Shown piece after piece: positions 9,009 to 18,072 of a DNA stretch of 34,130 nucleotides. Below the pieces are notes generated by a model. It was given only the letters and a program-made list of their open reading frames with translations. It was not told the DNA's origin and ran no database searches. A program made the position numbers and the translations under genes. Numbering within the stretch: position 1 is the stretch's first letter; each line of letters opens with the position of its first letter. The DNA lies in the sequence record DRR723986_7992. One strand, given 5' to 3'.

Positions 9009-9917
9009 TCAGCCGCTTTTGCTGCATGCCTGCAACGCCCGCACTAGGTCTTCGGCGAGCATCGTTGCTGCCAGGCTGTGGCTGGGTTTGTCGCGCTGAA
9101 CCAGCGACAGCACATTCTTGCCGAAGGTCTGCTCGCGAATGGGCACGAAGGTCAGTGACCCATTGCGCTGCTCCTCGGCTATGTCGAACCGGCTCAGAAA
9201 CGCAATGCCGTCACCGGTTCCGGCCAGGCATTTCATGGCCTCTATGGAATTGGCGAGGTAGGCAGGTTCCACTTCCAGGCCTGCGGCGACAAAGGCATCC
9301 GCGACAATCCCGTGAATGAGCATCGAGCGGTCTGCGAAGATCAGCGGATAGGGCTGGCAAGCGGTCAATGAAATGCTGTCCTGCCGGGCCAGGGGGTGCT
9401 CGGGTGAGAGCACGGCTCCCAGACGCGTGTTCATCGTCCAAAGCGTTTCAAGTTGCGCCACCGGCGGCAGGTTGAAGGCAAGCCCGATGTCTGCCTGACC
9501 GTCCAGCACGGCGTTAGCGATGTCATGGGCAAACATCACCCGGACTGTGATCTTGAGGCGCGGGTGACGGGCGCCGAGGCTTGCGGCTGTTTTGGGAACG
9601 ATACCCCCGGCAAGGCCGCTCATGGTCGCAATGATGACTTCGCCGCTCTGCAGGGCCTTCATGCCGCGAATGTCCGCCTCGACCTGGCTGTATTCGCGGA
9701 TCGTCTTTCGCACATGCGCAACCAGCACCTCTCCAGCCGGTGTCAGCCGAAGGCCTCGTGGCAGGCGTTCGAACAAAGGTTCGCCGATGTCTTCCTCAAG
9801 TTGCAGGATGTGCTTGTTGATGGCGGACGGGGCAACGTTCAGCCGGTCGCCTGCGGCACGGATCGAACCGCGACGGGCGACCTCGTCGATATACCGCAAG
9901 ACCCGCGAATGCAGCAT
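9009..9917 (-). CDS. LysR family transcriptional regulator
   Basis: LRYIDEVARRGSIRAAGDRLNVAPSAINKHI..LE..LFERLPRGLRLTPAG HTH; start moved to ATG 9917. Confidence 0.95.
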   Translation of the reverse strand: MLHSRVLRYIDEVARRGSIRAAGDRLNVAPSAINKHILQLEEDIGEPLFERLPRGLRLTPAGEVLVAHVRKTIREYSQVEADIRGMKALQSGEVIIATMSGLAGGIVPKTAASLGARHPRLKITVRVMFAHDIANAVLDGQADIGLAFNLPPVAQLETLWTMNTRLGAVLSPEHPLARQDSISLTACQPYPLIFADRSMLIHGIVADAFVAAGLEVEPAYLANSIEAMKCLAGTGDGIAFLSRFDIAEEQRNGSLTFVPIREQTFGKNVLSLVQRDKPSHSLAATMLAEDLVRALQACSKSG

Positions 9918-10071
9918 CAATACCCCTTTTTGCGTTCTCGAAAAGTGCACGCTCCGCGCGGAAAATACTGCTTTTCGGAAGCGGTTCAATCCCTTTTTAT
10001 CTTCCTCGGCACTGGCGCAGGCCCCATCGCGGACCGCCAGCGAAATGCCAATCATGATGAGGAGGAACGAC

Positions 10072-11799
10072 TTGAACGCTTCGGAAGCAGCGCATTATGA
10101 CAAGGTGCGTGCGATATTTGATATTCTGGAAGGCCGGCGCGAGGCCGATCTTCTTCTGAAGAACCTCAACATCCTCGATGTGCATGGCGAGACCGTCTAC
10201 CAGGGTTCCATTCTCGTCTATGACAAGCGCATCGTCGCACTCAATCCGGACGAGGAGGTGCTGAAGGTCCGGGAGGTGTTTGACGGCCAGGGGCTTTATG
10301 CAATTCCCGGCCTCATCGATGCCCACATCCATTTCGAATCCCAGCTCGCACATCCCGTTGCCCTTGGCGAGGCAATGGTTCCTTGCGGCACCACGACGAT
10401 ATTTTCCGAATGTCTCGATCTGCTGAGCGCGGCCGGTGCGGAAGGTGTCGAGGCGGCGGAGAACCTTTTCCGAGACCACGACAAGTTGCCTTACCGTCTG
10501 TTCGCTTTCGCGCCAGGCAAGAAGACGGATGCGCGTGTCACCGAAGCGGTTCTGAAAATGGATCCCGTCATCGGCCTCGGTGAGTTCGAACATTTCACCT
10601 ACAGCTCCGGCAACGACGACGATTTCCGCAAGGCTGCCTGGGTGCGCGCTCGTGGTGGTTTCATGAACGGCCACTGGGGCGTGACCGCTCTTTCAGACAT
10701 GATCCTGAACTATCTTCCGGCAATTGGAGTGTCGAACAACCACGATGTCTGGAACGAACAGGATATCGAAAAAAGCATCCGCTACGGCTTTCCGACCCAT
10801 ATCAAGTTCGGTGTCGGCAGCGCCGAGGTCATCAAGGTGCTTCTGCGCGCCATCGTCGACCGGAAATGGCCGACGGACAATTTCATGCTGTGTACCGACA
10901 ACATCTCGGTGGAGCGTCTGCTGCACCAGGGCCATATGGACTGGATCATCTCGCTGTGCGCGGAGATGGGCATCAACCCGATCCATGCAATCAAGATGGC
11001 GACGCTCAACACCGCGCGTTCCTTTCATATGGAAGACCGCATCGGTTCTCTTGCTCCGGGGCGGTTTGCCGACATCGTTCTGACACCAAGCCTGTCAGCC
11101 ATCGAACCACTCTACGTTTTCAAGGACGGCGCGCTGGTGGCCGAGCGAGGCAAGTTGCTGACCAACGCGGACAACGACTATTCGCTCATGTGCAAGAAAG
11201 GCGTTCCGGGCCTGGACGACCTGACGGCGGATCAACTCGACATCGAACCGCTGGAAGTGTCCGAAGATGGTACCAAAGCCAAGGTCTATCTGTTCGACGT
11301 TTACGGCCGGGGTCACGCGAAATTCTACCGCGAGGTCTGGGTGCCGTTGAAAGACGGCAAGGTTGTTCCGGAACTGGATGGCGAGAAGCTTAGCCGGCTT
11401 TCGGTTGTGCAGCGCTACGCCAACGGCGACCGGCACATCGTCAACGGCCTGTTCACTGGCGTTCACTTGGAAAGAGGTGCGGTTGCGACCTTCTGGCCAG
11501 CACCAAAACCCTATTTCGTCGCTGTCGGCCAGGACAGCGTCGAAATGTGTAGTTGCCTCAAACGGGTCGATGCCCATGCCGGGGCCTGCATCGTTACGGA
11601 GAATGGTTCGGAAAAGGCTGCAATGCCGCTCGAGATCTATGGCGTTATGGCGAACATGAGCGTTGCTGAGTTGACGGCTGCAGCTGGTGCAATCGATGCC
11701 GCGCTGGAGGATCTTGGCAACCGCAACGAAGGTGAGCCGGTGGTGAACAAGCTGCTGAGCCTGTTCATCTCGCTGCACCGCTTCCGCTTCATGGCCTGA
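10072..11799 (+). CDS. Adenine deaminase-like amidohydrolase with a divergent active site
   Basis: PGLIDAHIHFES, AIKMATLNTA, GSLAPGRFADIV and an Ade-like C-terminal domain; TTG start after GAGGAGG. Confidence 0.85.
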   Translation: MNASEAAHYDKVRAIFDILEGRREADLLLKNLNILDVHGETVYQGSILVYDKRIVALNPDEEVLKVREVFDGQGLYAIPGLIDAHIHFESQLAHPVALGEAMVPCGTTTIFSECLDLLSAAGAEGVEAAENLFRDHDKLPYRLFAFAPGKKTDARVTEAVLKMDPVIGLGEFEHFTYSSGNDDDFRKAAWVRARGGFMNGHWGVTALSDMILNYLPAIGVSNNHDVWNEQDIEKSIRYGFPTHIKFGVGSAEVIKVLLRAIVDRKWPTDNFMLCTDNISVERLLHQGHMDWIISLCAEMGINPIHAIKMATLNTARSFHMEDRIGSLAPGRFADIVLTPSLSAIEPLYVFKDGALVAERGKLLTNADNDYSLMCKKGVPGLDDLTADQLDIEPLEVSEDGTKAKVYLFDVYGRGHAKFYREVWVPLKDGKVVPELDGEKLSRLSVVQRYANGDRHIVNGLFTGVHLERGAVATFWPAPKPYFVAVGQDSVEMCSCLKRVDAHAGACIVTENGSEKAAMPLEIYGVMANMSVAELTAAAGAIDAALEDLGNRNEGEPVVNKLLSLFISLHRFRFMA

Positions 11800-11969
11800 A
11801 GCTTCACGACGAAGACGACCCGGCAGGCGTGATTGTCTGCCGGCAAGGGGAGGGCATGGACCAGAGACGTTGGGAAGCGGCTTTACATCCATGCAGAACA
11901 CATGCGACAGCGCGGTTGGCTGCAAGGCCGGTTAAGGCCAGGCCCCGCGCGACACTTCTGGAGGAAAGC

Positions 11970-12659
11970 ATGGCGCATAACGCAGCCGAAGCGGAGATCA
12001 TCGATACCGGTAGCCTTGTCCGACGCTGGATCATGTACATAGCCGGAATTTACATCCTGACCTTCGGGGTCAGCCTGGCAATTCGGGCGGGCATCGGGAT
12101 CTCACCGCAGAGCAGCCTGACACGCACGATGACCTTGGTGTTTCCACCACTCAGCCAGGGCACCTACAACTTCATTCTCGAACTGGTCATGCTTTTCCTG
12201 ACGTTTCTGGTGTTGCCCAAGGAGTTCAAGCTTAGGAACTTCGCCTCGCTCATTCCTGCCTTCGTGTTGGCTGTGTGCCTGGATCTCAATCTAAAGCTGA
12301 CCGGCTTCATTCAGCTTGATGACTATGCCCTGAAGGTCGCTCTGCTGGCGTTCGGCGATGCCGCTCTTGCCTTCGGACTGTTTCTGATGATCCGCGCCAA
12401 TCTGGTGCTGATGCCGGTCGATATGTTCGTCAACACGATCTTCCAGCGCACTGGATGGAAGTGGGGTAACATCAAGACCGCTTTTGACCTGACATTACTG
12501 CTGACCTCCGCGCTCGTCGGATTGGCGTTCCTGGGGGAAGTGAAGTTCATCCGCGAGGGAACGATCCTCAACGCGATCTTCGTTGGTCAATACATCCGGC
12601 TCTATTTTTTCCTGTACAAGAGGATGAAACCGAAGGATGAGGCCTCCGCCCCAGCTTGA
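11970..12659 (+). CDS. YczE/YyaS/YitT family membrane protein
   Basis: Six hydrophobic segments, AGIGISP, IKTAFD and IREGTIL motifs; GGAGG RBS before ATG 11970. Confidence 0.85.
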   Translation: MAHNAAEAEIIDTGSLVRRWIMYIAGIYILTFGVSLAIRAGIGISPQSSLTRTMTLVFPPLSQGTYNFILELVMLFLTFLVLPKEFKLRNFASLIPAFVLAVCLDLNLKLTGFIQLDDYALKVALLAFGDAALAFGLFLMIRANLVLMPVDMFVNTIFQRTGWKWGNIKTAFDLTLLLTSALVGLAFLGEVKFIREGTILNAIFVGQYIRLYFFLYKRMKPKDEASAPA

Positions 12660-12684
12660 GCCGTAACCAGGTGATGACATACGT

Positions 12685-12708
12685 ACAGGCGGCTTTCGGG
12701 TCGCCTGT
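12685..12708 (+). terminator. Hairpin with TTCG loop downstream of the YitT-like gene
   Basis: ACAGGCGGCT-TTCG-GGTCGCCTGT (10-bp stem with G-U pairs); weak U-tract. Confidence 0.55.
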
Positions 12709-12807
12709 TGCGTTGCGGCTCTGGCAAGCGGGAGGAACTGTGATATGAGCGGGCCAGACGGCCTGGCCGAGACGGGCCACACCTTCAGCGCGGGTTAATT
12801 TTCAAAA

Positions 12808-13200
12808 ATGTTGTCAGGGGTTTGTATCGGCGCCAACGATCTTTCGGCTGCCGGCCGGTTTTACGACGAAGTGCTTGCGACAATTGGCATGAAGCGGGTT
12901 TTTTCCGATCCCCGCGAGCTTGGCTATGCAGGTGCCGATGGCCGAATATCGTTGTTTGTCTTGTTGCCGTTTGACGGGCGGGCAGCCACATCGGGCAATG
13001 GTACGCAGGTCATGTTCTATGCGCCGGATGCCGAGGCCGTCAGGGCGTTTCATGCTGCCGCACTGCGGTGTGGTGGACGTGATGAAGGCGCACCCGGCCC
13101 TCGTTCCTATCACCCGGATTATTTCGGCGCTTATGTGCGTGATCTCGACGGTAACAAGCTGAATGTCTCCGTCAGCCTGGAAAACGGCACCACCGCCTGA
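12808..13200 (+). CDS. VOC (glyoxalase/bleomycin resistance) family protein
   Basis: RFYDEVL, GNGTQV.F.A, GG.DEGAPGPR and YFGAYVRDLDGNKL motifs. Confidence 0.92.
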   Translation: MLSGVCIGANDLSAAGRFYDEVLATIGMKRVFSDPRELGYAGADGRISLFVLLPFDGRAATSGNGTQVMFYAPDAEAVRAFHAAALRCGGRDEGAPGPRSYHPDYFGAYVRDLDGNKLNVSVSLENGTTA

Positions 13201-13296
13201 ACACGCAGTGTTGATCATCGGGCAAAGGAGTTGTCTTGATCGGGCCGGCCATTTTGGGTGCAAGAGGCGCTGGCCAGTTTCAGGAGATGCCAGCCC

Positions 13297-13812
13297 ATGC
13301 CCAGATCAAGTCAGCCGATAATCGAGTTTGTGCGCTTGCCGGACATTCCGCTGGAAGAGCTGGTCGCGCATATGTCCGACCCGCGTGTCGGCACCCACAT
13401 GCCGCTTCTGACCTTCTCATGGGATCTCGAGATGGCTGCGAAGTTCGTCGCGGCCAAGGAAGCTTGCTGGCAACGCGACGGGCTTGGCCACTGGGCCTTT
13501 CTGGCAGACGGCCGCTATGTCGGCTGGGGTGGTTTTCAGAAAGAAGGCGAGGAGTGGGATTTCGGGCTGGTGCTGCACCCGGCAGCCTTTGGCCTCGGCA
13601 TGCCGATCACCAGAAAGGCGCTGGCCTTTGCCAGTGAAGACCCTCGCATTCCATTCGTCACCTTCCTGCTGCCGCCGTCCCGACGGAACCTCGGTGCACT
13701 GCGTCGGATGGGGGCACGTTTCATCGGCGAGACCGATTATGACGGCACGCGTTTCCTGAAATACCGGCTGGAAACATCAGGCCCCGTTGGCGCGGTCAGC
13801 CGGACAGCTTGA
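13297..13812 (+). CDS. GNAT family N-acetyltransferase (RimJ/RimL-like)
   Basis: W..DGLGHWAF...YVGWGGFQ, FGLVLHP..FGLG, L.RMGA motifs; AGGAG RBS. Confidence 0.8.
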   Translation: MPRSSQPIIEFVRLPDIPLEELVAHMSDPRVGTHMPLLTFSWDLEMAAKFVAAKEACWQRDGLGHWAFLADGRYVGWGGFQKEGEEWDFGLVLHPAAFGLGMPITRKALAFASEDPRIPFVTFLLPPSRRNLGALRRMGARFIGETDYDGTRFLKYRLETSGPVGAVSRTA

Positions 13813-15076
13813 CCGTCTCCACATTGACGTGACTTGCCTTTCCGGCGAACCAGCCGTTGATGGCGGCGCCAAGTCCAAGCGCCACGAACAGCACCGCACT
13901 CCAGGCAAAGCTTCCCGTCCAGCTTCGGATGAGCCCGACAATCAGTGGGCCGATGGCGGCAAGCGTATAGCCAACGCATTGGGCCATGCCCGAAAGCTGC
14001 GCAGCCGAATGGGAATCCTGTGTCCGCAACACGATGACCGTAAGTGCTACCGCAATCAGTCCGCCCTGGCCGATGCCCTGCAGCACCGCCCAGATCCAGA
14101 CCGTGGACAGCGGCGCGAATTGCAGGCCGAGCAGGGCTATAACCGCTATGGCGCAAAGTGCGACGTTGATCAGCCGCTGGTCCTTGCCGCGAACGGCAAG
14201 ATGCGGTGCTATCAGGCAGGCGGCAGCCTGCACCATCACCGACACCGACACGATTGCGCCGGCAGTGACACCGTCCAGCCCGCGGGCGCGAAGGATCGGT
14301 ACCAGCCAGCCGAAGACGCAATAGGCAAGTGCGGATTGCAGACCCATGAACAGGGTCACGTGCCAGGCCAGCCTGTCACCCCACATGCCCTTCACCACAT
14401 AAGTCGGACCCTTGGGACGTTTGCGCGTCGCCATGACCTGCGGAAACCACAGGACGGCCACCACAAGAGCCGGCACGGCCCAGATCGCAAGCGCGCCCTC
14501 TATCGAACCACCGAGGGCCGCTTCAAACGGAATGGTCAATCCCGCACCGGCGGCAGCGCCCGCGCAAAGTGCCATGGTGTACCACCCGGTCACCAGTGCG
14601 GCCTTGTCGGGGAAATCGCGCTTGACGAGCCCTGGCAGCAGTACGTTGCCAACCGCGATACAGGCACCCGCCAACGCTGTTCCAAGAAACAGCAACGGCA
14701 CGGAGGACGTTCCTCGTGCTGCCGTTCCAATGGCCAGCAAAACCACGACTGCAAGCAATGTGCGTTCCGTGCCGATGCGGCGGGCAAGTCGTGGAGCCAG
14801 CGGCGAGAACAGGCCGAGACACACAACGGGCAATGTCGTCAGAAGGCTTGCGCCCGTTGGCGACAGGCCAAAATTTTCGCGGATTTCCAGAAGCAGCGCC
14901 GACGCGCTGGAAAAGACCGGACGCAGGTTGAAGGCGATCAGTACCAGACTTGCGCCCAGCAGAAACCGTACCAGTCCGCTCTGCGTCGCCGGCTGGGATT
15001 GCTCAGCGGAAACGTCAATGTCTTCGGCATCGATCAGTTCGATCGAGCCGGGATCGATTTCAGATGCCTGTGTCAT
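13796..15076 (-). CDS. CynX/NimT family MFS transporter
   Basis: AFNLRP, LLTTLPVVCLGLFSP, GNVLLPGLVKRDFP, LSGMAQ.VGY; about 12 TM segments. Confidence 0.92.
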   Translation of the reverse strand: MTQASEIDPGSIELIDAEDIDVSAEQSQPATQSGLVRFLLGASLVLIAFNLRPVFSSASALLLEIRENFGLSPTGASLLTTLPVVCLGLFSPLAPRLARRIGTERTLLAVVVLLAIGTAARGTSSVPLLFLGTALAGACIAVGNVLLPGLVKRDFPDKAALVTGWYTMALCAGAAAGAGLTIPFEAALGGSIEGALAIWAVPALVVAVLWFPQVMATRKRPKGPTYVVKGMWGDRLAWHVTLFMGLQSALAYCVFGWLVPILRARGLDGVTAGAIVSVSVMVQAAACLIAPHLAVRGKDQRLINVALCAIAVIALLGLQFAPLSTVWIWAVLQGIGQGGLIAVALTVIVLRTQDSHSAAQLSGMAQCVGYTLAAIGPLIVGLIRSWTGSFAWSAVLFVALGLGAAINGWFAGKASHVNVETVKLSG

Positions 15077-15750
15077 GAGCCGAGCAGTCGCTCCAGGTCT
15101 CTCAGGACAGGGGCCATGAACCGGCGGACAGCGGCCTCGGCCAGTTCCGGGTCGCCTGTCTCGATGGCATCGACAATGGCCGCGTGGGCCGCCATATCGG
15201 GTTCCTGCAGGTCTTTTCCAAGCGTAGCCTCGATGGTCTCGCCGATCAGACTGGAGAAGAATTCGTACATGTTGACCAGAACGAAGTTTTGCGAGGCCGC
15301 AACAACAGCCCGGTGAAAGGCAAGGTCGCGCTCCACGAAACCGGCCTTGTCGTGACCATCATAGTTTCCGCGCTCCGTGAGCAAGCGGCGCAGCTCCGAA
15401 ATCACCTCTGGTGTCTGGCGATGAGCGGCCAGCCTGGCGGCCTCCGCATCCAGCGCCAGTCTGGCCTCGAACTGGTCACGCAGGGTTGCGCGACGCGCCA
15501 TGGTCAATGGTCCGATGGCATCAACGACCGACAGCACATAGGTGCCCGAGCCCTGCCGGGTTTCCAGGTAGCCTTGCGAAACAAGCACGCGCACGGCTTC
15601 GCGCACGGTGCCGCGGCTGATGGAAAGCTGCGCCGATAGCTGAGCCTCGTTGGGCAGCTTTTCCCCCACGGACCAGCGATTGCCCACGATTTCCGCCCGG
15701 ATCGCCTCGGCTGCGCTGTCAACCAGGCTCGTTTTTGCCAGAGATTGCAT
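15073..15750 (-). CDS. GntR/FadR family transcriptional regulator
   Basis: GEKLPNE..L...L.ISRGTVREA..L...G.LETRQGSGTYV plus FCD domain (D..FH..V..AS.N). Confidence 0.95.
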   Translation of the reverse strand: MQSLAKTSLVDSAAEAIRAEIVGNRWSVGEKLPNEAQLSAQLSISRGTVREAVRVLVSQGYLETRQGSGTYVLSVVDAIGPLTMARRATLRDQFEARLALDAEAARLAAHRQTPEVISELRRLLTERGNYDGHDKAGFVERDLAFHRAVVAASQNFVLVNMYEFFSSLIGETIEATLGKDLQEPDMAAHAAIVDAIETGDPELAEAAVRRFMAPVLRDLERLLGS

Positions 15751-15760
15751 TTAAAGTCAC

Positions 15761-15779
15761 CAAATCATCAGATGACTTG
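15761..15779. promoter_or_regulatory. Palindromic operator, probable GntR autoregulatory site
   Basis: CAAATCATC-A-GATGACTTG, 8 of 9 pairs symmetric, 10 nt upstream of the GntR start. Confidence 0.65.
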
Positions 15780-16123
15780 ATCATAAGGGTGATGACACGG
15801 CTTGTCTATCGACGAAATCGCGTGAGGGAAAGACGCCTTTTCAGGTGTTGTCCCTGTCGAACAGCTCATGTGCGGGGTCTCGGGGTTGTCAGGGCATCAG
15901 TCGCCTCGCACAAGGCGCATTGCCTTGATCGCATCTTGCTGGCCGAGATCCCTCAAAAGGTGTGATGCTGCGCATTGCAACAATGACAAATAATGTGACG
16001 TGGAAGACAGACGCATTCGTCGGGGACGTGGCTATTTGGCTGCACCGGCAAGCCTACGAAAGACGCCGACTACGCATACAGCTTCAGGGGCCATTGAGGG
16101 GGCCTAACCAAGGGAGAGTGAAT

Positions 16124-16957
16124 GTGGCCGAGTCTTTTTTTCTGCCTTACGAATACGTCGACGTTCTGACAAATCCTGGCCTGCAGACCAGCGCTGGCCG
16201 GGTCAAGCTTACGCAGTATCTTTGCAAGGACCGTGGTAACGGCGGCAACGACAGCGCAACCAGTTTTTTCAAGAATTTCCGTTGGATCAAGGATCCCCAC
16301 GGCATCACGCTGAACCAGCATGTCGGCGGCCGCGAGATCGACCTCGCGCTGAAAGGCCAGGGAAACGACAAGACATTCGTCAAGATCTGGAACTTCATGC
16401 TGAAGAACAAGGATCTTTTGGACAAGTACAAGGTTGAGGTCTGCGGCCGCGCGAACAAGGACGGCTCCAAGGATGTCGAGCAGACCGGCAAGATCAAGAA
16501 ACTCTACTTCGACAAGATGTCCGATCAGGCGGCACTGCAGCAGATGGTGCAAGACCGCTTTTTCGGTATGGACTGCATAGGCTTTATCGCCAATTTCCTG
16601 ATATTCACGGGTGAGTGGGACAAGTATTACGGTGTTTCACCCCGGCGGTATCCGGATCATGTCGCCAAGACCAACATCGACGACATCAACGAGGTCAAGC
16701 CACTCGATTTCATGGTCTGGAACGGACATGTGGCGATGATCGACTGGGTCTGGGAAGTTCTGGACGAGAAACGCGCGCGTATCGACATGTGCCAGAGCTC
16801 CAGTGGTGGTCCGCAATGCAACGAATACGTGATCCTGCGCCGCACCGGTGGCAAGGGTCTCAAGGGCGGTTGCGAATTCACGATCGACGGCGGCACCCCG
16901 GCCCCACCTGTGCGTGGCCATTTCACCATCTGGCGGCGGGAAGGGTTCTGGTATTGA
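16124..16957 (+). CDS. Hypothetical protein, putative NlpC/P60-like (papain-fold) cysteine hydrolase
   Basis: GMDCIGFI and KPLDFMVWNGHVAMI resemble the NlpC/P60 DCSG and PGD...GHVG motifs; GTG start after AGGGAG. Confidence 0.65.
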   Translation: MAESFFLPYEYVDVLTNPGLQTSAGRVKLTQYLCKDRGNGGNDSATSFFKNFRWIKDPHGITLNQHVGGREIDLALKGQGNDKTFVKIWNFMLKNKDLLDKYKVEVCGRANKDGSKDVEQTGKIKKLYFDKMSDQAALQQMVQDRFFGMDCIGFIANFLIFTGEWDKYYGVSPRRYPDHVAKTNIDDINEVKPLDFMVWNGHVAMIDWVWEVLDEKRARIDMCQSSSGGPQCNEYVILRRTGGKGLKGGCEFTIDGGTPAPPVRGHFTIWRREGFWY

Positions 16958-17021
16958 GCACCAAGGTCCATTGGCGCGACAGGTTCATGCTGTCACCTGC
17001 CGCGCCGTTCAGGCTTGCCCG

Positions 17022-18056
17022 TCAGACCAGGGTTGGGTTGAGCTGTGCGAAAGCGTCCTGCCGCTGATAGGGAAAATGCGGATAGGGAGCAGTCCGCGCG
17101 CTCGAAGCATCAAGACGGGCAATCTGCTCGTCCGTCAGCGCCCAGCCCGTTGCTCCCAGATTGTCGCGAAGTTGCGCCTCATTACGAGCCCCGATGATGA
17201 CCGACGCGACAGTGGGGCGTTGAAGCAGCCAGTTGATGGCCACTTGCGGGACTGTCTTGCCGGTTTCTTCGGCAATCGCATCCAGGACGTCGACGACCGA
17301 ATAGAGCAGATCGTCCTCCACGGGAGGTCCGAAACTTGCGGTCTCATGCAGTCGGCTGCCCTCGGGGATTGGATTGTTCCTGCGGATCTTGCCGGTAAGC
17401 CGACCCCAGCCAAGCGGGCTCCACACCATGGCGCCCAGACCCTGGTCTGCGCCGAGAGGCATCAGGTCCCACTCGTAGTCCCGTCCGACGAGAGAATAAT
17501 AGACCTGGTTTGCGACATAGCGCGGCCAGCCGTGTTTCTCCGCAACGGCCAGCGATTTCATGATCTGCCATCCGGAGAAGTTGGAAACGCCGATATAGCG
17601 GATTTTCCCGTCGCGGACGAGCTGGTCGAGCGTGGACAGCACCTCTTCCACCGGGGTGAAGGCGTCGAATGCGTGCAGTTGCAGAAGATCGATATGGTCT
17701 GTTCCAAGGCGCTTGAGTGCAGCCTCGACACCCCTGATCAGCCTGAAGCGTGAAGACCCTGCCTCATTGGGGCCATCCGCCAGCGGGAGGCTCATTTTCG
17801 TGGAGAGCAGCACCGCGTCGCGGCGGCCCTTGATTGCTTCACCGAGCACTTCTTCCGAAGCGCCTTCGGAGTAGTTGTCCGCGGTGTCGAACAGGTTGAC
17901 GCCGGCCTCAAGGCAGATGTCGACAAGGCGGCGCGCTTCTGCGACGTCCGTTGTGCCCCAATGACTGAAGAGTGGGCCGGAGCCGCCGAATGTGCCGGCA
18001 CCGAAGCTGAGGGCGGGAACCTTGAGCCCGGAGTTTCCAAGATAGCGATAGTCCAT
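17022..18056 (-). CDS. Aldo/keto reductase
   Basis: MDYRYLGNSGLKV, FDTADNYS.G.SE, LGTDHIDLLQLH, GKIRYIGVSN, WSPLGWG. Confidence 0.95.
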   Translation of the reverse strand: MDYRYLGNSGLKVPALSFGAGTFGGSGPLFSHWGTTDVAEARRLVDICLEAGVNLFDTADNYSEGASEEVLGEAIKGRRDAVLLSTKMSLPLADGPNEAGSSRFRLIRGVEAALKRLGTDHIDLLQLHAFDAFTPVEEVLSTLDQLVRDGKIRYIGVSNFSGWQIMKSLAVAEKHGWPRYVANQVYYSLVGRDYEWDLMPLGADQGLGAMVWSPLGWGRLTGKIRRNNPIPEGSRLHETASFGPPVEDDLLYSVVDVLDAIAEETGKTVPQVAINWLLQRPTVASVIIGARNEAQLRDNLGATGWALTDEQIARLDASSARTAPYPHFPYQRQDAFAQLNPTLV

Positions 18057-18072
18057 GTCGGTGATGCCCTTT

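Noticed and set aside
9592-10071. N-terminal extensions making the LysR and deaminase genes overlap
   Set aside because: Better starts with RBS and family-typical N-termini exist at 9917 (-) and 10072 (+)
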